A DNA stretch of 64,000 nt from Candidatus Aegiribacteria sp. MLS_C. Lineage in GTDB: Bacteria > Fermentibacterota > Fermentibacteria > Fermentibacterales > JCC-6. The translations under genes and the position numbers were made by a program. Below, one piece after another: positions 10,883 to 20,130 of this stretch (position 1 is its first letter; the number at the start of each line of letters is the position of its first letter). Location of the stretch: NCBI GenBank assembly GCA_002030045.1, contig LQBI01000002.1, positions 136,676 through 200,675 of the forward strand, in the 5' to 3' direction. The notes under the pieces were generated by a model that saw nothing but the letters and a program-made list of their open reading frames with translations, was not told the origin of the DNA and made no database searches.

Positions 10883-11730
10883 TCCCTCTCCGTGGAGTCC
10901 TCGGTTGCTGAATGGTTTGTGGTAGATGGAGCGTCTGCGGGAGAAACAGGGTCTGAAGTCGATAACACGGGTGTGGTCCCTCCATGGTAGGGACAGAAGA
11001 TCCCTTCATCCGTGATGGTGTAGTATGAATAGCCGTTGTCCGGGCAGTGATATCCGCCCCTCTGACCGTATTCTCCCATGCTTTCGTCGTACATCTCGCG
11101 GAATGTTGCCGGGTAGGAATGGCCCTCCCCAATGTAGTCCCTCACCATTCCCGCAAGGCTGTCCCGTAGTGCGGAACAGCCCGCGCCGCCGGTTTCCATT
11201 CCGTTCCCAAGATGTCCGGCGGGGCAGACCAGGCGGCCTTCCTCCAGGCGGTACGGAAGACCGCTCACCGGACAGGAGAAGTCCGCTGCGTCCAGACCAG
11301 CGGAAACAGCCGGTACAACAGTGCTCCTTGCGAAGGATGAACAGAGCACGGTGGCGTTCCCCAGCACATTGTCCAGTGATGAATCGCCGCTCACTCTCCA
11401 GCCACCGGACGGTGAACGCCTTAACCAGAGGGTGCGGGAGCCTCCCTCCGGTAGGGGAACGGACACTGGAAGGCCGCGGGGTTCCATCCTCCCGACACTG
11501 AAACCTCCAGGGTCCGGGGAGCCGTCGACACCCTCAAGGGCCCGGTGCGCAAGAAGTCCCGCAAGGCTGTCGGTGAGAAGGGCACGGGCGTTCACAGTGT
11601 CACCTGATGCGAGGAGGCCAAGATACTCCCTTCCTGTGCCGATCACTGCGGAGCCTGTGCTGGAACTCCTGGCAACCAGTGCCAGCAGGAACATGGCCGC
11701 GAGGAACAGGACCGGTCTAAGGTACCTCAT
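10879..11730 (-). CDS. Hypothetical secreted protein with a Cys-rich C-terminal region
   Basis: N-terminal signal/TM segment (MRYLRPVLFLAAMFLLALVA). The C-terminus contains CPVSG...CPAGH and CPDNGYSYYTITDEGIFCPYHG. 4-nt overlaps on both sides. Confidence 0.4.
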   Translation of the reverse strand: MRYLRPVLFLAAMFLLALVARSSSTGSAVIGTGREYLGLLASGDTVNARALLTDSLAGLLAHRALEGVDGSPDPGGFSVGRMEPRGLPVSVPLPEGGSRTLWLRRSPSGGWRVSGDSSLDNVLGNATVLCSSFARSTVVPAVSAGLDAADFSCPVSGLPYRLEEGRLVCPAGHLGNGMETGGAGCSALRDSLAGMVRDYIGEGHSYPATFREMYDESMGEYGQRGGYHCPDNGYSYYTITDEGIFCPYHGGTTPVLSTSDPVSPADAPSTTNHSATEDSTERE

Positions 11731-12659
11731 CTGCCGCCGGAGGATCCGGATTGTGTGCTGGAGAAGAGGTCGGTGAAGTCCAGTCCGGTCCCGCTGATCA
11801 TCAGCCCCCATTCCTTGTTGGTGTTCTCGCCGCCGAAGCGGTAGAAGACCTCTCCCGTGAAGTTCATGCTCTGGTTGTTTATTGAGATGCCGGCCCTTAT
11901 GTCCCTCTGGGAGAAATCGCTGCCGTCCTGTCCCTGCCAGTCCCCGTTGATCTCGGCCTGGGTCTCTCCCCGGGTTGCTATCTCTCCGCCCAGCCTCAGG
12001 CTCAGTTCGGGATTCACCGGAAGGACCAGGAAACCAGTGAGTCGCAGCTCTATTGGAGGCCTGGTCTCGGCGGAATCCCTTCGGTTCCTGAACAGACCGT
12101 CCCAGGCGGACATGTAGTAACGGAGGCCACCGGTTCCCTCGAAGTTGACGCCGGAACCGCCTGAGATCGGGGTGACCACCGTCAATGCACCATCCAGCGC
12201 CAGGTGACGGTCGCTCTCCGAGTAGTCTCCTGATTCAAGGGCCCCCTTGAGGGGGATCCTTATGGCGCCACGGGCGAACAGCCTTGGTTCCCGAGTGAGC
12301 CAGCCGTCCAGGGATATCCACGGGTCGGCTATTCCTATGCCGGTGGAGTCCCCAGGTCCCTGGAGCTGTATGAAACCGGGAATGATCACGGAGATGGTGT
12401 GGCTGTTCGTAAGGCCATACCTGCCCAGGAACTGGAAACGGATGACGCTCAGGCTGGTCTCGTAGTCATACTGTTCACTGTTGCCTAGTGTATCCGTCCT
12501 CCAGTAGCTGCCCGCCCCGAAATAGCCGAAGGCCACGTCGCCGTCCATCTCCATGGAGCGCAGTGCTTCAGTGAGGTTACCGTAGTAGAGAGGATCGTAT
12601 GCGAAGGCATTGCCGGCGAAGAGGAGAACTGCCAGCGTGATAAGACGATATCCTGACAT
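11727..12659 (-). CDS. Outer-membrane beta-barrel protein (hypothetical)
   Basis: Signal peptide MSGYRLITLAVLLFAGNAFA, alternating amphipathic strands with aromatic residues and a C-terminal aromatic residue. ATG at 12659. Confidence 0.5.
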   Translation of the reverse strand: MSGYRLITLAVLLFAGNAFAYDPLYYGNLTEALRSMEMDGDVAFGYFGAGSYWRTDTLGNSEQYDYETSLSVIRFQFLGRYGLTNSHTISVIIPGFIQLQGPGDSTGIGIADPWISLDGWLTREPRLFARGAIRIPLKGALESGDYSESDRHLALDGALTVVTPISGGSGVNFEGTGGLRYYMSAWDGLFRNRRDSAETRPPIELRLTGFLVLPVNPELSLRLGGEIATRGETQAEINGDWQGQDGSDFSQRDIRAGISINNQSMNFTGEVFYRFGGENTNKEWGLMISGTGLDFTDLFSSTQSGSSGGR

Positions 12660-12827
12660 GATTATCGCTTCCTTTCTCCTAGGACGTCGAATTCGCTCAG
12701 GAACATCCGCCGCCGCAGCGTTCTCGGCTGTTGACATATCTGTTCCATGGTTTTCTAATAGTATTATCGTGTTTGCGCAAGTCTTCCGGACTCGTTCCAT
12801 GACTGCAACCAGCGAAGAGGAGGTAAA

Positions 12828-14834
12828 ATGAGAAACAGGGGTTTGATACTCATCATGACCCTTTTCCTTCTGGCGGGTACGGCCTTCTCCCTTCCCTCGA
12901 TAATGGGGTTCAGGGGAGTCAACAGGGTCGTGGACGCCAGGACCATAGGGTCCAATCAGATGGCTTTCAGCCTTATCGCAAGGTACTGGAGCAGCAGCGA
13001 CCAGTACTCCGACCTTCACTACAGGTCGGTGGGAAGCACTTCGGACACGGTGCTCAATGTAGAGGACACCGAACACCTGGCCCAGGGTTTCTTTATCCTG
13101 GACTACGGCCTGACCAGCTTCATGGAGATAGCCGCCAGGATAAGCTACATAGGTTCCTACTACGAGTTCGACCTCACTCCTCCCAGGAACGAGACCATAG
13201 GTCAGTGGGACGGGGTGCACGGCATGGGCGACGTGATGCTGGGATGGAAGGCCGGGTTCACACCCACTCCTTCCAGCGAGGTCCTCTGGCTGGGTCTGGA
13301 CAACTGGTTCGCATTCGCTCCCAGCAGCAACCAGACGGTTGAATGCGAGGAGTACGACGGAAGGTTCGACGCCGCTACTCCCATGTACACCATGCGGAGG
13401 CCCATGCTGTCCACGGGGCACACCAGCCTCGGGTTCGACGGCCTGGTCTCCCTCGACATGGCCCATGTATGGCCCGGCACACCGCTCAGGATGCATTTCA
13501 ACGCCGGTTACTCGATGTACAAGCAGACCATCACCCTGGATGACTACAGGCTGGAGTTCGACAGCCTCGGACAGAGGTCCAGGGCCGACGAGGTAATGGT
13601 AAGAGCCGATGTCGAGGACAACGCCTTCGACTTCGGCACCGCCCTCGAGTTCCCCACCCAGTTCGCCGTGATCTATACGGAGTTCACCCTGAAGAAGTAC
13701 CTCGACCGTGACCAGTACAGCTCGGTCGCCTACTTCACTCCGGGTATCCGCGTTTACTCCGGCGGCGGAGTTGTGATGGACTTCTGCTTCAATATGGGCC
13801 TGACCGACTTCGACCCCGAGTACTTCGACTTCGGTCACGAGCTCTACCAGGACGGGTCCGTTACCATGGACGAGAGGGCCGAGAGAGCTCCTCTTCCCGA
13901 CGGCGGCACCCAGGACTGGGGTGTGTCCGGTACGATAGCGTTCTCCAGCGACCTGCTTGACAGGGGTCCAGCTGTTACAACTGGTACCGTCTCGGGTCTT
14001 GTCACGGATATCGAGTCCGGCGAAGCCCTGCAGGCAACGGTTTCCTTCCCCGGCACCGCTATAGAGTCCGTGGTCTCGGACGCCGAAACGGGCTTCTACA
14101 GCGTGGAGCTACCCGAGGGCAGCATACCGGTATCGGTTCTGGCTGATGGTTACAAGGCAGCCTCAGCCACGGTTGTCCTGGAAGCTGGACAGGACGTAGT
14201 CGTGGACTTCCAGCTCGAACCCGTGGCGGGTCTCGGCTCCATAGCCGGTACGGTCACCGAGTTCGAGAACGGAGACCCTCTCCTGGCCACGCTGACCGTG
14301 GAAGTGGACGACACCACCTACACCTTCCAGTCCACCCAGGACGGCGTCTTCCAGTTCCTGGTGCCCGAGGGTACATGGACGGTGAAGGCGGAAGCCGAGG
14401 GCTACAGGCCTTCCACCGACGTGGTCTTCGTCATGGCTGACGAAACCTCGAGGGTGGACTTCATACTCAGGCCCGCTCTTGAGGAGGGACAGGTGCTGTC
14501 CTTCGACAACATCTACTTCGACAGCGGCAGCGCCAACATCAAGCCCGAATCCTACTTCGTGCTCGACAACGTGGTCGAGATACTGAACGCCAACCCCGAC
14601 GCCAGGGTGCAGATAGCCGGCCATACCGACTCGGACGGCAGCACCGGTTACAACCAGACCCTGAGCGAGCAGAGGGCGGCTTCGGTCTTCAACTACCTGG
14701 TCCAGCGCGGAGTAGCCGCCAGCAGGCTGACCACGGTCGGCTTCGGCGAGAGCATGCCCGTAGTCCCCAACACCACGCCTTCCAACAAGGCCATGAACAG
14801 GAGGATCGAGTTCACGGTCCTCTCGAACAACTAG
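12828..14834 (+). CDS. OmpA-family protein with an N-terminal beta-barrel, two carboxypeptidase-regulatory-like (Ig-like) domains and a C-terminal OmpA peptidoglycan-binding domain
   Basis: Signal peptide. The OmpA C-domain motif is NQTLSEQRAASVFNYLVQRGV...RRIEFTV. Two CarbopepD_reg-like segments (TGTVSGLVTD.., GSIAGTVTEF..). GGAGGT Shine-Dalgarno upstream. Confidence 0.75.
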   Translation: MRNRGLILIMTLFLLAGTAFSLPSIMGFRGVNRVVDARTIGSNQMAFSLIARYWSSSDQYSDLHYRSVGSTSDTVLNVEDTEHLAQGFFILDYGLTSFMEIAARISYIGSYYEFDLTPPRNETIGQWDGVHGMGDVMLGWKAGFTPTPSSEVLWLGLDNWFAFAPSSNQTVECEEYDGRFDAATPMYTMRRPMLSTGHTSLGFDGLVSLDMAHVWPGTPLRMHFNAGYSMYKQTITLDDYRLEFDSLGQRSRADEVMVRADVEDNAFDFGTALEFPTQFAVIYTEFTLKKYLDRDQYSSVAYFTPGIRVYSGGGVVMDFCFNMGLTDFDPEYFDFGHELYQDGSVTMDERAERAPLPDGGTQDWGVSGTIAFSSDLLDRGPAVTTGTVSGLVTDIESGEALQATVSFPGTAIESVVSDAETGFYSVELPEGSIPVSVLADGYKAASATVVLEAGQDVVVDFQLEPVAGLGSIAGTVTEFENGDPLLATLTVEVDDTTYTFQSTQDGVFQFLVPEGTWTVKAEAEGYRPSTDVVFVMADETSRVDFILRPALEEGQVLSFDNIYFDSGSANIKPESYFVLDNVVEILNANPDARVQIAGHTDSDGSTGYNQTLSEQRAASVFNYLVQRGVAASRLTTVGFGESMPVVPNTTPSNKAMNRRIEFTVLSNN

Positions 14835-14857
14835 GCCCGGGGAACCGCGATAGAACG

Positions 14858-14882
14858 GGGGGCGGGGTTACCCGCCCCCCTT
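14858..14882. terminator. Strong GC hairpin ggggggcgggg-tta-ccccgcccccc between convergent genes
   Basis: ~10-bp perfect stem followed by ttcctttaccctt. Placed between the OmpA-like gene (+) and the NUDIX gene (-). Confidence 0.45.
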
Positions 14883-14952
14883 CCTTTACCCTTGATACGC
14901 TATCCAGGCTCAAGGATGTGCCATCGGCGGAAGAAGTCCGGTCCGGATAGGC

Positions 14953-15378
14953 TTACTCCTTAACAGAAGGTCTGATGCCAGTCTTCCTCCAGTTCAGGAA
15001 CTGTTCCAGTATGCGTCCATGATCGAAAGCGATGTCCTCGGGCAGGGATCCCGGGTCGAATACGACGGCACTGGCCGCATCGTCACCTCCGTGGGGAACT
15101 CCGCTGGCCCGGCAGTGATAGACGACGCTCACCGTATCACCCCTGGGGTCCCGCCAGGGTCTGGAGTACACATGGAACATCTCAAGTACCTCCACATCCA
15201 GGGAAGTCTCCTCCAAAGCCTCTCTGCGCACGGACTCCGCCAGGCTCTCTCCGGGGTCCACGAAGCCGCCGGGAAGGGCCCATCCCTCCGGAGGGTTCCT
15301 TCTTCTTATCAGGACGATCCCTCCGTCATCCATCTCGATGATGGCGTCAACTGTCAGCAGCGGTGTAACCGGTCTCAT
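14953..15378 (-). CDS. NUDIX hydrolase
   Basis: Nudix box GGFVDPGESLAESVRREALEETSL. Confidence 0.75.
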   Translation of the reverse strand: MRPVTPLLTVDAIIEMDDGGIVLIRRRNPPEGWALPGGFVDPGESLAESVRREALEETSLDVEVLEMFHVYSRPWRDPRGDTVSVVYHCRASGVPHGGDDAASAVVFDPGSLPEDIAFDHGRILEQFLNWRKTGIRPSVKE

Positions 15379-15474
15379 GTCCCTCCAATTGTTACATTTG
15401 GAACAAATGAGTTATATTCAAACCTATATATACCGTTGATGGTCGTTGCGCGAAACCGAAAAGGCAGGGAACAG

Positions 15475-15966
15475 ATGAGACAGAACTCGGGAAGGGATGC
15501 GATGAAGAGATATCTGATAGCCATGATGGTGATGGCCGGTTTGTTCACAGGAGCATGTGGCGGTTCCGGCGGGACCGGGGAAGCTCAGGGGAATTCGCCG
15601 GCCGAGACGGACGTGGAACTGGTTTGGTTCCATGATGATTTCCACGGTGCCAGCGCCGAGGCGGAGACTTCGGGGAAACCGATGATGATAGACATGTATG
15701 CCGACTGGTGCGGACCCTGCAGGACCCTGGGCGAGCAGTTTTTCACCAGCGAGGAGATGCATTCCGTGCTCTCCAATTTCGTTCTTCTGCGGATTGATCT
15801 GGACAAGCCGGAAATGGCCACCTACGCACAGCGCTACAACGTGTCCGCGATACCCTGTGTCGTCATCGCCAGGGCGGACGGAACCGAGATCGACCGAATT
15901 GTCGGTACCACTCGCACCATAGGTGAGTACGTGAGGGCTCTGGAGGGTATCCTGGAGAGCATCTGA
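15475..15966 (+). CDS. Thioredoxin-fold lipoprotein (periplasmic thiol-disulfide oxidoreductase-like)
   Basis: Lipobox FTGACGG and a WCGPC active-site motif. An alternative ATG lies at 15502. Confidence 0.65.
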   Translation: MRQNSGRDAMKRYLIAMMVMAGLFTGACGGSGGTGEAQGNSPAETDVELVWFHDDFHGASAEAETSGKPMMIDMYADWCGPCRTLGEQFFTSEEMHSVLSNFVLLRIDLDKPEMATYAQRYNVSAIPCVVIARADGTEIDRIVGTTRTIGEYVRALEGILESI

Positions 15967-16032
15967 GCCGGCCTGATCGATCCTTTGCGGGCGGGGAACC
16001 GGTTTTCCCGCCCGGTGCATCAAAGGAGTCGG

Positions 16033-16761
16033 TCAGAACATCCTTCTGATCTGGAAACCGACCGCCAGTTCGTCTCCATTCACTCCCATTATCTGGGTCT
16101 GAGGTCCTATCCACGGGTTGTTGGTGAGGGCCAGTAGGAACTGATGGCCCCAGGTGCTGTACCTGGACCCGAAGGAGAAGCAGTCATTCTCGGCAACATC
16201 ATTTGCAGCAGGGAAGTACTCCCCCCAGAGGCTCATGTCCTCCATGACGTAGAACTCGAGCCCGAAGCCCGGTCCGCCCTCCTCCTGGTGCCCGTCGTAT
16301 GCGTAGTTGACCACAGGCCTGATCATGTCGCCCGCCAGCAGTGCCGAAAGACCGACAGTGGCTGTGAGGCCGCCCTCCCAGTCGTCGTTGGCGGTGCTTC
16401 CCGTTCTGAAAGTGTAATATCCGGCGTTGAGCTCAAAAAAAGCCGGTTCAAGGGCCGACTCCATCCAGCCGAGTTCAATGGAGTGGCTTCGCGCCGAGAT
16501 ACCGTTCCCGTAGGACAGGTAGGCATTATCCATTGGGAAGTACCTTATGCCGAAGGCCACGTTCGCTCCGTCGTCCATTCCGAAGAAGGACTCCAGCGGA
16601 CTGTCCTCGAAGGCTTCGCCGAAGAAGCGGTGGTTGACTGTGATCTCGAACGACCCCTCCGACAGGCCGCTGACGGGTGTCATGATGTTCAGCATGGCAC
16701 CCTGGTAGTCCGAAGCGAATACCATTACGCTGAGTGTCACAAGGAGTGCCAGGTATCGCAT
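16033..16761 (-). CDS. Small outer-membrane beta-barrel protein (hypothetical)
   Basis: Signal peptide MRYLALLVTLSVMVFA, aromatic-rich alternating strands, and a C-terminal F. Confidence 0.45.
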   Translation of the reverse strand: MRYLALLVTLSVMVFASDYQGAMLNIMTPVSGLSEGSFEITVNHRFFGEAFEDSPLESFFGMDDGANVAFGIRYFPMDNAYLSYGNGISARSHSIELGWMESALEPAFFELNAGYYTFRTGSTANDDWEGGLTATVGLSALLAGDMIRPVVNYAYDGHQEEGGPGFGLEFYVMEDMSLWGEYFPAANDVAENDCFSFGSRYSTWGHQFLLALTNNPWIGPQTQIMGVNGDELAVGFQIRRMF

Positions 16762-16785
16762 GTCATTCTCCTTTCAAGGTGGGCC

Positions 16786-17331
16786 CTAGAGTTCCAGGGA
16801 GGCTGTCTCAGCCCAGGAGTGGACCGAGGTGAAGTCGTCGGCGCCGTCCTGTCCGTAGGCGAAGATAACGTCATAAGTGGTTCCCTCCGTGTAGACCTTG
16901 TCGTAATCATCCCCGGAATCCAATGGGACCCTGAACTCCACGACCGTCTCACCTGCGGACTCGGAGCCGGATATGGTTTCCACGTCGTCGGTCCCGCCCA
17001 GGCTGACGTCCGAGGCATGGGTCACCTGGCCGGTCCCGTAGTCGTCGCGGAGCTGCGCCGAACCTCCTGCTACGTAACCGATAAGGAGGTCGGCCTCATC
17101 CATTGCTGATACCGGGTCGAACCCAACGGCCACCCAGCCGGTTGTGGGGGCCGTGAGCCTTATTCTGAGCGTTGATAGTGAATCCTCGAACTGCCATTCA
17201 AGGATGTAGTCCCCAGCAGAGTACTGCTTCCATCCGCCCTCCTCCGTCGGGCCAGTGGCATCTTCGCCGCAGCCGGCGACTGCGAGTGCCAGAAGAAGCC
17301 CTGCGGACGTCATCGGTATTGCACGAAACAT
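16786..17331 (-). CDS. DOMON-like domain lipoprotein, paralogue 1
   Basis: Lipobox LAVAGCGE. The motif GWVAVGFDPVSAMDEADLLIGYV is shared with the two neighbouring paralogues. Confidence 0.5.
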   Translation of the reverse strand: MFRAIPMTSAGLLLALAVAGCGEDATGPTEEGGWKQYSAGDYILEWQFEDSLSTLRIRLTAPTTGWVAVGFDPVSAMDEADLLIGYVAGGSAQLRDDYGTGQVTHASDVSLGGTDDVETISGSESAGETVVEFRVPLDSGDDYDKVYTEGTTYDVIFAYGQDGADDFTSVHSWAETASLEL

Positions 17332-17353
17332 ATTGCTCCATTCGTTGCTTGTA

Positions 17354-17923
17354 TCAGTCCAGCACGACCTGGAAGGTCTCCACCCACCGGTGTCGGCCGG
17401 TGAAACCATCGGAATCCTCGGGTCCGTATGCCAGCATCACACTATGGGAGGTGCCCCGTTCCAGGTCATGGTCGAAACTGTCACCGGTCGCCACCGGCCT
17501 GGTGAACGAGATGGTAGTCCTGCCATCGGTCTCCGTTCCGGAAGCCGATAGTATGTCCATGGTACCACCCAGTTCGCTGTCGGCGGAGTGGGAAGTGTAT
17601 CCATCCCCCCACTGGTCGCTTATGAACACTTCCTCATTTTCCACATACCCTATGATCATGTCTCCGTCAAGCATCACAGAGGACGCGTCGAACCCCACGG
17701 CCACCCATCCGGTCGCTGGAGCCGAAACCGTGAAGGTGACATCTTCCTCGAGGAAATCCCACGTAAGGGTGACCCCATCGCTGGATATCCCTCCGGCAGC
17801 GGCATCGGGACCGGTCTCCTCAGCCGGTCGAACGGCCTCCTCCGAACCGGAGCCGCCGCATGCGGACATTATCGACAGAAGGGCAAGGATTGCTGATCCG
17901 CCGAAGAGTGAAAACCTTTCCAT
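17354..17923 (-). CDS. DOMON-like domain lipoprotein, paralogue 2
   Basis: Lipobox IMSACGG and the motif GWVAVGFDASSVMLDGDMIIGYV. The ATG at 17923 has a GGAGGA Shine-Dalgarno. Confidence 0.5.
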   Translation of the reverse strand: MERFSLFGGSAILALLSIMSACGGSGSEEAVRPAEETGPDAAAGGISSDGVTLTWDFLEEDVTFTVSAPATGWVAVGFDASSVMLDGDMIIGYVENEEVFISDQWGDGYTSHSADSELGGTMDILSASGTETDGRTTISFTRPVATGDSFDHDLERGTSHSVMLAYGPEDSDGFTGRHRWVETFQVVLD

Positions 17924-17983
17924 GATCCTCCTTCCGGTCCATGTCTTCACATTCGGGAACTTACTACACGGTCGGTACTTGTA

Positions 17984-18001
17984 TTATTGTCCATACAATA
18001 A
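17984..18001. promoter_or_regulatory. Perfect 7-4-7 inverted repeat ttattgt-ccat-acaataa in the divergent promoter between DOMON paralogues 2 and 3
   Basis: Seen directly. Operator-like dyad in a 126-bp divergent intergenic region. Confidence 0.3.
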
Positions 18002-18049
18002 CTTACAAAAAGGGTCGTCATTTCCATGTACGAAGGTCTGGAGGATTAA

Positions 18050-18604
18050 ATGAAAAAGGCAATGCTGGCCTGTTCGATCCTTGTCGCCCTGTCATCGGCC
18101 CAGTTCTGGCAGGAACTGACCCTGGAGGACTTCACCCTGAGGTGGGCGACGGTCTCAGCCAGCGAACTGGCGGTGGAACTCAGCGGACCCACCACCGGCT
18201 GGGTGGCGGTGGGTTTCGATCCCGCCACCGCCATGCAGAATGCGAACATCATAATCGGGTACGTCGCTTCAGGAGTCCCTTTCATCAGGGACGATTTCGG
18301 CGTGGCACCCACCTCGCATGCCGCGGACACCCTTCTGGGCGGCAGCCATGACCTGATAATAGACGGCGGGACCGAGAACGCAGGCACTACGGAGATAATG
18401 TTCACCATACCCCTGGACTCGGGAGACCAGTACGACAAACCCCTGGTTCCCGGGAACACCTACCCGATCATCCTCGCAAGGAGCGCCAACGGTCAGGATT
18501 CCTTCTCCGCGCCCCACGCAGTTGCTGCAACCTCACAGATCGAGATACTCGGTCTTTCACTCGACGGCAGCACCTGGGGAGGATTGAAGGCGCCGGAGTT
18601 CTGA
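18050..18604 (+). CDS. DOMON-like domain secreted protein, paralogue 3
   Basis: Signal peptide, then GWVAVGFDPATAMQNANIIIGYV. GGAGGA Shine-Dalgarno. Confidence 0.5.
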   Translation: MKKAMLACSILVALSSAQFWQELTLEDFTLRWATVSASELAVELSGPTTGWVAVGFDPATAMQNANIIIGYVASGVPFIRDDFGVAPTSHAADTLLGGSHDLIIDGGTENAGTTEIMFTIPLDSGDQYDKPLVPGNTYPIILARSANGQDSFSAPHAVAATSQIEILGLSLDGSTWGGLKAPEF

Positions 18605-18723
18605 TCACGGGATCCTCCATGTAGGACCGCCCCTCGGGCCGGGCCCTTTCGGCATCAGTCGGAACCTTCAAACCGCGTCATGGAAGTTTCGACCGGCGGT
18701 TAACGCAGGAGTATATTCCCGCG

Positions 18724-20130
18724 ATGAAAAAGGGGAGACGCGGCTCGGAACTGCGTGACACCTTCCGGATCTCAACCCGGGAAGGTGTCTACGCACAGGT
18801 TTTTGCGAGTCTTGCGGGGGCGGGTTCGGTCTTCATCACAAGGCTGGCGGTGATGATGGGCGCAACTCCCGCCCATTTCGGTGTCCTCTCCGCCATCGGG
18901 CAGTTCTCACAGGCGCTTCAGCCCCTGGGGGTGGCGATCACGCGAAGGCGGATCGTACGGAAGCCGGTTATACTGGCCTTTGCGGCGGTTGCAAGATCCA
19001 TGGCCCCGCTGCTGGGTCTGATCCCCCTTCTTCTTCCCTACAGGACTGCGCTTCCCCTGGTGCTTGCGATCTACGCCGCCTATTCAGCGGTGCTTGCCGT
19101 ATGCACCAACATGTGGACCGGATGGATCGCAGACATGGTCCCCAGGGGGATCCGCGGAAGGTTCTTCGCCCAGAGGAACCAGGTGCTGATGATAGCCGGT
19201 GTGCTGGCCTCCTTCCTCTTCGGGGCCTTGGTGGACCTCTACTCGGAGGAAAAGGGATGGCTGGCCGGTTCACTTTCGGGGCTCCTCGGCATAAGGGGCG
19301 ACCCGTCGTCCCTCCCCTGGGTCTTCCTGGGAGTCTTCGCACTGGCAGGGGCGATCGGACTGGCGGGGCTCCCTGTCCTGAAACGGCAGCCGGAGAGGCC
19401 GAAGGAGAGGGAGGAGGAACCTTTCCTCTCAATGCTGGCTAAACCTTTCCGCGACAGGAATTTCAGGCATCTCTCACTATTTGGTGTCTGGTGGATGATG
19501 GCGGTGGGCATAGGAGCTCCGTTCTGGCAGCCCTTCATGATCCAGCGTCTTCACATGGACCTTGTCCAGATGCTGGTATACGGCACTGTATCCACCGTGG
19601 GGGCCCAGCTGGCCATCCGCCCCTGGGGAAGGTTCATAGACAGGCACGGCAACAAGCCGGCCATGCGGCTTGCACTGCTAATGGGCTCGGTGAATCCCCT
19701 GATGTGGCTCGTCCTGACCCCGGAGAACTACTGGTTCATCTTTCTGGAAGCCCTCCTGTCCGGGGTCATGTGGTCCTGCGCGGGCATAGTGACCGCCAAC
19801 ATGGTGCTTGCGGTAGCACCGGACAGTTACAGGCAGATGTACTCGGGAGTCTTCAACGCCCTCTCGAGTATCGCGATGATGACAACGATGCTCCTCTCGG
19901 GTTTCTTCCTGCCCGACGGCATGATGCTGCTGGGCAGGTACCTGTATCCCGAACAGGTGCTCTTCCTGGTAACCGCCTTCGCCCGGCTGAGTGCGGAGAT
20001 ACCCCTTGCATGGGTGCACGAGCATGACTCGACGCCGATGAGTGTGCTGGTGAGGAGGTTCAACGCCTACGCAAAGGTGGGGATCACCGGGGCCCTGATG
20101 CTGGTGGTGCGGAGGAGGAAGACCAGGTGA
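18724..20130 (+). CDS. MFS transporter
   Basis: 12 predicted TM segments. MFS-like D-R/K motifs between TM2 and TM3 (GWIADMVPRGIRGRFFAQRN). Confidence 0.75.
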   Translation: MKKGRRGSELRDTFRISTREGVYAQVFASLAGAGSVFITRLAVMMGATPAHFGVLSAIGQFSQALQPLGVAITRRRIVRKPVILAFAAVARSMAPLLGLIPLLLPYRTALPLVLAIYAAYSAVLAVCTNMWTGWIADMVPRGIRGRFFAQRNQVLMIAGVLASFLFGALVDLYSEEKGWLAGSLSGLLGIRGDPSSLPWVFLGVFALAGAIGLAGLPVLKRQPERPKEREEEPFLSMLAKPFRDRNFRHLSLFGVWWMMAVGIGAPFWQPFMIQRLHMDLVQMLVYGTVSTVGAQLAIRPWGRFIDRHGNKPAMRLALLMGSVNPLMWLVLTPENYWFIFLEALLSGVMWSCAGIVTANMVLAVAPDSYRQMYSGVFNALSSIAMMTTMLLSGFFLPDGMMLLGRYLYPEQVLFLVTAFARLSAEIPLAWVHEHDSTPMSVLVRRFNAYAKVGITGALMLVVRRRKTR

